This document shows positions 8,749 through 15,810 of a stretch of DNA of 33,973 nt, piece by piece; position 1 is the stretch's first letter, and the number at the start of each line of letters is the position of its first letter. The notes beneath the pieces were generated by a model that saw only the letters and a list, made by a program, of their open reading frames with translations, made no database searches and was not told where the DNA came from. Source of the stretch: a virus (lineage: Duplodnaviria > Caudoviricetes); IMG/VR virus record IMGVR_UViG_3300045557_000081, positions 1 to 33,973 of that record; one strand, written 5' to 3'. Position numbers and translations under genes: made by a program.

Positions 8749-9422
8749 TAGACCTACTGAAAATTGAATACGAGAAAAACGGATGGCAGTGGAGCAATTA
8801 CGGTAACGGCGGACTGGCCATCTACGAGGAAAGAAACGTATCGATGCCTAACGGCGAATTGCACCTGAAACCACGCTACGGTTATTACAACGGCTGGGAA
8901 TGGAACCACAATTACGAAAGGGTATACAAGCCTATGGATTACGCCTCTGGCATGGTAATATCTAAGCGTACGTTCTTATACGGCCATTTCACTTTTGATG
9001 TCACACTGCCAAACTTCCGCGGAGCATGGCCGGCTATATGGCTGTATCCTGAGACTATCGGATGGGCGCAGGAGATCGACATATTCGAACAGTTTCGCAA
9101 GGATAGCTGGTGGACACGCTTCCGCACACAGGTTGGCATTTACAGGATTCAGCCTGATAGGATAGAGCGGCTTACATACGCCCGGCAGGCTTACCGGTTC
9201 ACTCCTTACGATAAGCGCAGACACGTGTTTGAGCTTATCTGGAAACCTGAATCCATCACTGTTAAGATTGATGGCCGGGTAAGGTTCTTTGTTGATGATC
9301 CCAGGTTCGCCATGCCGTCGCCCATGAACCTTATCATGAACCTGGCTATCGGCGACTGGAAACCGGATCATACGCGTCTGTCACCGTTCATCATTCACAA
9401 GGCAACATACGAGGAGCTGTAA
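8745..9422 (+). CDS. glycoside hydrolase family 16 (beta-glucanase/laminarinase-like)
   Basis: YASG..S..TFLYG.F, GAWPAIWL, catalytic EIDIFE (9072-9089), H.F.L.W.P..I....DG, PMNLIMNLAIG. Confidence 0.88.
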   Translation: MIDLLKIEYEKNGWQWSNYGNGGLAIYEERNVSMPNGELHLKPRYGYYNGWEWNHNYERVYKPMDYASGMVISKRTFLYGHFTFDVTLPNFRGAWPAIWLYPETIGWAQEIDIFEQFRKDSWWTRFRTQVGIYRIQPDRIERLTYARQAYRFTPYDKRRHVFELIWKPESITVKIDGRVRFFVDDPRFAMPSPMNLIMNLAIGDWKPDHTRLSPFIIHKATYEEL

Positions 9423-9865
9423 TGGAACTCTATCTTGACAAGCCTAAAAAGGCCAACAGGAGAAAGATCAACTGGACGCCGGATATGCTGAGCGCTCTCA
9501 TCGGCAGGTTCCCTGTTACTTATAACAAGGAACTTGCCAAAGAGCTGCACGTAAGCTGGAGGAGCCTGGTGAGAAAAGCCAGGGAACTTGGCCTGGAAAA
9601 GGAACCTGAATTTCTCGAAAAGCGCCGCGACGACATTACTATGATGGCGGTTAAAGCTCACATGCCAAATGCTAACAAAGGCCGTAAAGGATGGTCGGTT
9701 CCCGGTTCTGAATTAAACCGATTCAGTAAAGGGCATCAACCACCGACGGCAACCGATCCGGAGCTGGTAAAGAGGATACACTCCCGGCGAAACAACACCA
9801 TAAAACGCGAACGCATACGGATCAGGCTCGGCCTCCCGCGATTAACTAAACTCAATCTCAAATGA
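9422..9865 (+). CDS. basic putative DNA-binding protein
   Basis: WTPDM..L...P...NKELAKEL.VS..S..RKARELGL helical motif and RFSKGHQP motif, like N-termini of phage HNH-associated proteins. No HNH motif. Confidence 0.6.
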   Translation: MELYLDKPKKANRRKINWTPDMLSALIGRFPVTYNKELAKELHVSWRSLVRKARELGLEKEPEFLEKRRDDITMMAVKAHMPNANKGRKGWSVPGSELNRFSKGHQPPTATDPELVKRIHSRRNNTIKRERIRIRLGLPRLTKLNLK

Positions 9866-10296
9866 AAAGGCAAACAATAGAACAGAAGGTGTACCGGGCA
9901 CAACTGAAGCACAACATCATTACCTATACCATAATAGCGGCAGATATCATTATCCTGGCGATGATCGCATTCAACTCATGCAGTGCCCAGGCTACATGTC
10001 CTCCTCATCAGCCTGAGATATGGGCCACGGTGCGCAAGCCGGTTAAGTACCTGCAACTCGTTGTTCCGCTCGAAACCTGCGATCCTGACAAGGGCCAGAC
10101 GGTAACCTTGTCGATTGTGAAAGGCGATCCGAAAAAGCTGTTCAGGATAGGAGCCGGCGGACTGCTGGTAAACGATGCCAAAACCATAAACCGTAACTCA
10201 TCGAGGCTTTACGTAATTACCGTACAGGCCCGTGATAACGGTACGAAACCCAAGCCGCTCACGCGTGAGTCGCTGGTGATGCTTCTGGTAAGATAG
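9862..10296 (+). CDS. membrane-anchored/secreted cadherin-like domain protein
   Basis: Hydrophobic segment, then DPD.G..V..SIVKGD...LFRI...Y.ITVQARDNG.P.PL cadherin-repeat signature. Confidence 0.7.
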   Translation: MKRQTIEQKVYRAQLKHNIITYTIIAADIIILAMIAFNSCSAQATCPPHQPEIWATVRKPVKYLQLVVPLETCDPDKGQTVTLSIVKGDPKKLFRIGAGGLLVNDAKTINRNSSRLYVITVQARDNGTKPKPLTRESLVMLLVR

Positions 10297-10392
10297 CCGG
10301 GAGTATGGGCAGGCGCTGGAAAGTCAATTCGTTGCTGACTGAGCTTGATAGGGCGCTCATTACCGGTTAAGGCGGGGTCTCCGGTTTTAATT

Positions 10393-10425
10393 CACTGATT
10401 AAACAATACTTAAACACTGATTAAA
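10393..10425 (+). repeat. 3 x 11-bp tandem units (CACTGATTAAA-like)
   Basis: cactgattaaa caatacttaaa cactgattaaa. The last base is the A of the ATG at 10425. Confidence 0.75.
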
Positions 10426-10874
10426 TGGATGCAGATAATAAAATATGGACACCTGACCAGCGCCTGCTGGCGCTTTCATTGAAACAGCCTTATGCCGAAT
10501 TAATGTTGCATGGCAAGATAGAAACCCGTCCTTGGAATACCAACTATCGTGGATGGGTGCTAATATGTATTTCAAAAATAGGATACACTTGGGAGCAAAT
10601 TATTCGTATTTCAGGAGATTACCAGGTTAACAGAATGCGTCAATTCATAGACTTCTCACATATACATGCTCACGGAACAGCTATTGCAATTGGTAAACTT
10701 ACAGATTGCCGTCCAATGCAACCAAGAGACGAAAACAGATGCTTTGTGAAATATGGTGATCTCTATTGCCATGTATACACCGACGTTAGAGCTATTGAGC
10801 CGTTTGAATGGAAAGGATCACAGGGCTGGAAAGAAGTTTCACAGGAAATTAGGGATCAAATTAAATTCCTATAG
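10425..10874 (+). CDS. ASCH domain protein
   Basis: ALSLKQPYAELML.GKIETRPW.TNYRG.VLI...KGSQGW. Confidence 0.88.
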   Translation: MDADNKIWTPDQRLLALSLKQPYAELMLHGKIETRPWNTNYRGWVLICISKIGYTWEQIIRISGDYQVNRMRQFIDFSHIHAHGTAIAIGKLTDCRPMQPRDENRCFVKYGDLYCHVYTDVRAIEPFEWKGSQGWKEVSQEIRDQIKFL

Positions 10875-10877
10875 ATC

Positions 10878-11180
10878 ATGGAAAAGATAACGCTAAAATT
10901 CACTAACAAGGAGTGGCTTCAGCTTACCGGCATTGTATTTAAGGTGAGCCAGGATAACGACTTCACCGACGATAAGTACACAAAGGCTATCTACTCAAAC
11001 CTGCTGAAGGCTGTGTACATAAAGCTGCACAATAAAATGCACTCACTAAAGCCTAAGAATAACAACCTGATTATGTCGGTGCCTGAAGCTGCATGCCTGG
11101 CAACTGCGCTTAACGGTTATGGCACGGTTAATGTGCTGCTTGTTGACATTATAGGGAAAGTTGACCGGTTGCTAACATAG
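10878..11180 (+). CDS. hypothetical protein
   Basis: 100 aa, last gene of the early run. Confidence 0.65.
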   Translation: MEKITLKFTNKEWLQLTGIVFKVSQDNDFTDDKYTKAIYSNLLKAVYIKLHNKMHSLKPKNNNLIMSVPEAACLATALNGYGTVNVLLVDIIGKVDRLLT

Positions 11181-11262
11181 CCAGCAGCGCTACGGCAACT
11201 ATGATCAGGCCCAATACCAGGTCACGCACTAGCCGGTTCTTTATATTTCGATGTTCGTACAT
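11149..11262 (-). CDS. small single-pass membrane peptide (37 aa, not in ORF track)
   Basis: Manual translation MYEHRNIKNRLVRDLVLGLIIVAVALLAMLATGQLSL: charged N-terminus and about 20 hydrophobic residues. Confidence 0.5.
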   Translation of the reverse strand: MYEHRNIKNRLVRDLVLGLIIVAVALLAMLATGQLSL

Positions 11263-11303
11263 GCAACTAAAGTAATAAATTTACCAACAAACAAACACAC
11301 ATT

Positions 11304-11738
11304 ATGAAAGCTTCTGAATTTTCACGACTGAGTAAGGAGGAGCGTAAAAAGGTATCCTTCAAAGAAATCCCTGTGATTAACAAAGTAATGGTAGCTCTCC
11401 TGGCAGTGGCAATACTTGCCGGTATAGTATCAGTCATACGCGGATCATCGGGTAAGCCGGCTGATAATAATCACAGCGGACGGGTTGCCATGATGGCTAA
11501 GGTCATGAGCGAATCTGCCGTTAAATCAGTTTTAAAGGCTCCTGAGTCGGCTAAGTTTACCGGTGATAAAACGGTATACCTGGAGAGCGACAGCACAGCC
11601 ACGGTCACAGGAACAGTGAACGCGCTCAATTCGTACGGAGTTATGATCAACACGACTTACCACGTCAAGCTGAAGTATGTGGGAGATATTCATAATCCTG
11701 AGAACTGGCTGACGCTGGAAAGTAAAGTTGACGAATAA
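11304..11738 (+). CDS. membrane-anchored moron-like protein
   Basis: TM helix VMVALLAVAILAGIVSVI, then VKSVLKAPESAKF...GTVNALNSYG domain. Has its own leader and terminator. Confidence 0.7.
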   Translation: MKASEFSRLSKEERKKVSFKEIPVINKVMVALLAVAILAGIVSVIRGSSGKPADNNHSGRVAMMAKVMSESAVKSVLKAPESAKFTGDKTVYLESDSTATVTGTVNALNSYGVMINTTYHVKLKYVGDIHNPENWLTLESKVDE

Positions 11739-11760
11739 ACAGGGAAGATCTTATAATGGC

Positions 11761-11790
11761 AAAGGCCGCGCTGAATTGCGCGGCCTTTTT
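11761..11790 (+). terminator. intrinsic terminator (possibly bidirectional)
   Basis: aaaggccgcgc-tgaatt-gcgcggccttt then tt: perfect 11-bp stem. Confidence 0.85.
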
Positions 11791-11825
11791 GCTTTCCGGG
11801 TATATTTGATGTGTTAGTAACCCGA

Positions 11826-11858
11826 TTTGCGTTTGCCCTTTTAATAGCCGTATCTTTG
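11826..11858 (+). promoter_or_regulatory. Bacteroidota sigma-A promoter
   Basis: TTTG (11826-29), 21 nt spacer, TATCTTTG (11851-58). Confidence 0.65.
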
Positions 11859-11862
11859 CGGC

Positions 11863-11933
11863 GCATCCATAAACAACCGTTTTGTGATCAATGAACCGGC
11901 TCGTGCCGACTTACCCCCGTAAGGGGTTTTTTT
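11863..11933 (+). ncRNA. putative ~70-nt small RNA (or 16-aa micro-ORF mRNA)
   Basis: Lies between the consensus promoter and the terminator hairpin acccc-cgtaa-ggggt plus T-run. Internal hairpin cggc-tcgt-gccg. Confidence 0.4.
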
Positions 11934-12369
11934 ATTTGTAGCTGATCATAAACCGCTCGAGCGATCCCACCGTGGAGCATTGCCTGGTTGCCAGTACGCT
12001 TTCGAATGTGTTGTTAGCGTACTTCAGAATGTTCACCTCAAGCTTTTTCCCGGGATTATCGGCGCTGTAGCTGAGTACAGCAAATACCCTGGTCTGATCC
12101 TTCGATGACGACAGCAGCCTCCAGTGAGTATACTCATCGCTGAGCGCCGGCTGTGTGAACGACGAATCCAGGTACTTTTTGTTGATTATCTGTATCATAC
12201 CGATACGGAGTTGGCTTGTCTTATCAGTTACTTTCAGGAGCTTCAAACGCCCTTTGTGGGCCTTTTCGCGTGAAGCCATGAATTCTGACAGTTGCGTTTT
12301 TTCTGAGGCGCTGAATGCTGTAATATCAATAACAACGCCATGTTCTGTGTGTTTAAACTCTGCTTTCAT
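11932..12369 (-). CDS. hypothetical protein
   Basis: 145 aa stand-alone ORF on the minus strand. Confidence 0.6.
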   Translation of the reverse strand: MKAEFKHTEHGVVIDITAFSASEKTQLSEFMASREKAHKGRLKLLKVTDKTSQLRIGMIQIINKKYLDSSFTQPALSDEYTHWRLLSSSKDQTRVFAVLSYSADNPGKKLEVNILKYANNTFESVLATRQCSTVGSLERFMISYK

Positions 12370-12384
12370 GTGTTAGGAAGTCAA

Positions 12385-12417
12385 GTTGATTTTATTGGTT
12401 GACTGTGTTTATATTTG
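12385..12417 (+). promoter_or_regulatory. promoter, near-leaderless transcript
   Basis: GTTG 12385-88, 21 nt spacer, TATATTTG 12410-17. ATG follows 5 nt later. Confidence 0.55.
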
Positions 12418-12422
12418 CGCCA

Positions 12423-12656
12423 ATGGCGTACAACAGGAGAAATAAGCTGTTACAGATGCAGGATGTAATCGATGTTTACAACCGGCATAAGCTTCCGGGA
12501 GTATCCACAACGTTTGTCTATAACAATTACATATACCCGCAATTCCGCATTTCAATCACTACCCTTTATTCGTACCTGGCCACTCCGGTTAAAAAACAGC
12601 TCAAGGAAATCGGCCAGCCGGTTAATCAGTTAAGTCTGTTTTCACCTCAACAGTAA
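12423..12656 (+). CDS. small DNA-binding regulator (candidate middle/late regulator)
   Basis: ATG 12423 MAYNRRNKLL...IYPQFRISITTLYSYLATP, HTH-like. Sits at the early/late boundary. Confidence 0.6.
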   Translation: MAYNRRNKLLQMQDVIDVYNRHKLPGVSTTFVYNNYIYPQFRISITTLYSYLATPVKKQLKEIGQPVNQLSLFSPQQ

Positions 12657-13170
12657 TATCAGGAGGCACAGTGTTAAACTGGCTTGCTGCAACTTCCGGA
12701 TCGGCTATGTTATACACCTGATCCATCGCGCTGGCATCGGTGCATTCGCATGAGTATATCAGTTGGAACTGCCTGATACCGTCATCCCGTTTTACCTTCA
12801 TGGTGCTTTCCCTGGATAGTGTTCCGAATTGCCCTCCGGCGGGCCTCCATCCTTGCAGCGCCTTATGAATGTTCTCAATGATGATCCATATAGCTGCGGC
12901 GGCCAGCTTTTGTGTGGGAGGAGCCATAAAGCTGGTATTGGTCTTCTTTATATCGGCAACCATGATGGCGATACGCTGTTTGCCGTCCTGCACTTTGAGG
13001 CTCTGGTTAAGCCAGGTAATGTCGAGTATATCGACTAATGTTGCCGGAAACTGTACCGGCGGGTTGTCATTATAATAGTCGAGCTGGCCCCAGTCCTCGT
13101 CGAGGTATTTTATGTTCGGCTCCTTTTGCGCAAGCCTTTCCTGAATAGCGGTTAAAATGTCGTTAATCAT
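12622..13170 (-). CDS. Mu gp37-like tail terminator/neck protein
   Basis: IKYLDEDWGQLD....PPVQFPA.LVD...IHKALQG, plus synteny after the gpG-like gene. Confidence 0.65.
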   Translation of the reverse strand: MINDILTAIQERLAQKEPNIKYLDEDWGQLDYYNDNPPVQFPATLVDILDITWLNQSLKVQDGKQRIAIMVADIKKTNTSFMAPPTQKLAAAAIWIIIENIHKALQGWRPAGGQFGTLSRESTMKVKRDDGIRQFQLIYSCECTDASAMDQVYNIADPEVAASQFNTVPPDITVEVKTDLTD

Positions 13171-13173
13171 CGT

Positions 13174-13725
13174 TTAGCCGGGTTTTAATCGTTGCTTAAT
13201 GTATTTATCAAGTTCCTGGAAATTGGCATCAGCCACACGCTTAACAGCCTCGTCAACCAGGCGGTGATGGCCGATAAAGCGCCGCTCCGGAATCCTGATC
13301 TTAGAACCTACTTTTTTCAGAGCAAGCGCTTTCCAGTACGCGGCCTCATCACTCAGCATCCGGTTACGCTGGTTGTTTGCCTGCCTCCTGGTCTTTACCG
13401 AGTAGGTTACTTTGCCGGCAAGCGAATAGTACATGGCCCAGAAGTATTTCTGCATCTTCCTGGTAATGGTGATACTGCCTCCCTCGTTTTGAATGCGCGC
13501 GTACGGCAGGCTCGAAGCCCAGCGGATGACGTTTGATACCATCTCGGCTCTGATCGAGCGCCTGAGCGCGCCTGAACGCATCATAAGCGATCCTCGCCTG
13601 TTCCGGTGCCGCACTTCAGGCCATGCCTGGTCAAAGAACGCTTTCCTGGTAAAGTTGAGATCAAACTCATCGGTAAGCTCAACCTTCAGATCGGTAAGTA
13701 CCCGGTTGACAAAATCATTTACCAT
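13174..13725 (-). CDS. virion morphogenesis protein (Mu gpG/tail completion-like)
   Basis: LMMRSGALRRSI, PYARIQNEGG, IPERRFIG. Start re-called to ATG 13725. Confidence 0.85.
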   Translation of the reverse strand: MVNDFVNRVLTDLKVELTDEFDLNFTRKAFFDQAWPEVRHRNRRGSLMMRSGALRRSIRAEMVSNVIRWASSLPYARIQNEGGSITITRKMQKYFWAMYYSLAGKVTYSVKTRRQANNQRNRMLSDEAAYWKALALKKVGSKIRIPERRFIGHHRLVDEAVKRVADANFQELDKYIKQRLKPG

Positions 13726-14521
13726 TGGCCAGGCTTTCAACGATTGATTTTACCTTGTCCGATACCTGCCTGTAAGGATGATGCGGCGGGAATATCACCT
13801 GCTGTTTGCCGGCATTGAAACGGAAAATGGCATCAGCGTTTTCGCCTTTCTTATTTATCCTGGTTGTGGCCTTTTCACCTTTTGCTACAGCCTCTCCGGA
13901 ATCACTCACCGGGTACTTTCCTTTTCTCACCTGTACCGCACCGCACCGGCAGCGCCATCCGTTCGGAGGGTAGTAACTATTCCAGAACGGATCGTCGACC
14001 GGCAAGGTTGTTCCGTCCATTGCTGCATGTTCGTCACGTACCCGGTCGTCGCCGGCTGTACGATATTGCAGGTTGTACCTGTCACCGTCCTGCTCAAAGC
14101 TGTCCCACCGGGCAGCCATTTCAGCCGATCCGGTAGCGAAGATATACTCAGCCTCCAGGTACAGGCTGTTATAGTTGGCATGTACCTGCCATACGTCTTT
14201 TCTGAAGTCCTGGAAAGGCCGTATTTTACCGCTATCATCGAGGAGCAATGAGGCGGCCTCCTTCAGTTGGGCATGGGTTTTGTAACCTGAGAAAACATAT
14301 ACGTCGCGGCGCAGCCTGCTGATCATTTCAGCCGGCGGAATATCATCCGGGAGGCCGGCGTCTATGGCTTCGTCCAGAATCCTCCTGGTTTCACCGGTCA
14401 CGGCCATAAGCGGTTCATCAGTCAGCATCTCCGGTTCATACTTGCCGGCTTTGTGTATGTGCCTGATGGCGCGTGTAAAGATGTTTGCGTTAAATGCAAC
14501 TTTGTTTGCACCTGACGCCAA
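13715..14521 (-). CDS. MuF-like minor head protein (no ATG; frame open well upstream)
   Basis: LQYRTAGDDRVRDEH..MDG..LP.DDPFW...YPPNGWRCRC motif. Confidence 0.9.
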   Translation of the reverse strand: MASGANKVAFNANIFTRAIRHIHKAGKYEPEMLTDEPLMAVTGETRRILDEAIDAGLPDDIPPAEMISRLRRDVYVFSGYKTHAQLKEAASLLLDDSGKIRPFQDFRKDVWQVHANYNSLYLEAEYIFATGSAEMAARWDSFEQDGDRYNLQYRTAGDDRVRDEHAAMDGTTLPVDDPFWNSYYPPNGWRCRCGAVQVRKGKYPVSDSGEAVAKGEKATTRINKKGENADAIFRFNAGKQQVIFPPHHPYRQVSDKVKSIVESLANGK

Positions 14522-14559
14522 TTTTATTACACCTGGTGCAATTAATCCACCGCAGCTTT

Positions 14560-14626
14560 CGCACGTGTGATCGTATAGCCCGGCAAGCTGTGCGCTTAGT
14601 TGTTCTGGCCGGGCTGCTGAAAATTT
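14560..14626 (-). other. putative -1 programmed ribosomal frameshift signal (portal to MuF)
   Basis: In-frame heptamer A AAT TTT (14626-14620). 8-bp stem AGCCCGGC/GCCGGGCT starts 4 nt downstream. Loop CGCAC can pair with downstream GTGCG. Confidence 0.7.
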
Positions 14627-15810
14627 CCGGTTCCTCCGGCAGACTGGCGCGGCTTGGTTACTTCGATGCCGAATTTGTTTTTAACCCACTCCGGATCTAC
14701 TTCGAAGTACTGCATAAAACCAACAGTGCGCGTGTAAAGCTCCTGGGTGTCCTCCTGGGGATCGAATGAAAACAGCAATCCTTCAGGCACCAGCCCTATA
14801 AGATAGAGAGCCGGCATCACGCTGCTGTTAATGTAACCTTCGATATACCGCTTATCGGCTTCGCCGAGGCGCATGAGCTGATCAACCGAAACCTTTTCCT
14901 TGCTCTCGTTGCCATTCTTGGTGTCCTGGCCTATTACAGCCCCTGAAACAAGCAGCGACAGTTCATTATTGCAAAGCCTTATCAGGTTGCCGTATACGTC
15001 GCCGTTGGTGTCGGCTCCCTTTGCGAAATCAAATTCCTCCGACTCATCGATAATAAACCAGGCTGCAGCGCCCATGTCACGCATCATACTCTCGGCCCTG
15101 GTAAGCATCACCGGGTCTTGCGTGTTGGTCTTCATATACCTCGGCGGAATGCCGTATATCTCGCAAAGCTCGCTCCAGCAGCTCTGGGCGAACCGTTTGA
15201 ACAGTACGTGAGGAATCGCTTTGTTGAGCAGGCCAAAGTCTTTGGCATCGCCAAACTCCAGCAGCCATGAACCGTATTCTTTGGCATTGCGGTAATCGAT
15301 GCCGGTGGTCTGTGTTTCGTCCAGGAGCAGCATGCCCTTTTCGGGAATGAGGTTTTGCTTTGGAATGCACACCGGTTTAAGCAAGCCGGCTTTGTCGGTA
15401 ACGAATTCAACCAGCGCCGGGCCCGTCATGATCGTATCCCAGATATGGCCTATGAGTTCACGGAACCAGGGAAACGATTTCAGCATGGCTGTTGTGTCGT
15501 CGTCAGCCTTATCGCCGGCCATGATAGTGAATGGAGCCGATACGCTGATCATCTTCCGGTTATTCACCTGGCTGTAAAGCAGCGCGTCCTGAAGTATGTC
15601 GATATACAGCTTCTGGAGCAGTATCTGCTTTGGCGTGTCGACGTTGTCCTTCTGTTGCCTTGCTTTAGTCATGGAGGCAATATCCTGGCGCACCCGGCTC
15701 GTTGCCTTCGGAGCTATCTTCTGGTAATATCCGTCGGTACGTTTTTTAACCGGCGGCTGGACGGTAACAGGAGCTGCCAGCTCTTTACGTTGTAGCCTGG
15801 GCTGTTTCAT
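14596..15810 (-). CDS. portal protein (DUF935/Mu gp29-like)
   Basis: FGLLNKAIP..LFKRFA..WSELCEIYGIP, NNELS..V.G. Position after terminase and gp36. Confidence 0.88.
   Translation of the reverse strand: MKQPRLQRKELAAPVTVQPPVKKRTDGYYQKIAPKATSRVRQDIASMTKARQQKDNVDTPKQILLQKLYIDILQDALLYSQVNNRKMISVSAPFTIMAGDKADDDTTAMLKSFPWFRELIGHIWDTIMTGPALVEFVTDKAGLLKPVCIPKQNLIPEKGMLLLDETQTTGIDYRNAKEYGSWLLEFGDAKDFGLLNKAIPHVLFKRFAQSCWSELCEIYGIPPRYMKTNTQDPVMLTRAESMMRDMGAAAWFIIDESEEFDFAKGADTNGDVYGNLIRLCNNELSLLVSGAVIGQDTKNGNESKEKVSVDQLMRLGEADKRYIEGYINSSVMPALYLIGLVPEGLLFSFDPQEDTQELYTRTVGFMQYFEVDPEWVKNKFGIEVTKPRQSAGGTGNFQQPGQNN

Noticed and set aside
9422-9865. Possible HNH homing endonuclease
   Set aside because: Only the N-terminal-type motifs are present. 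No HNH catalytic motif.
10297-10390. tRNA gene
   Set aside because: No T-loop GTTCRA or canonical cloverleaf spacing.
12501-12509. DnaA-box-like GTATCCACA
   Set aside because: A single 8/9 match inside a CDS is expected by chance in 34 kb.
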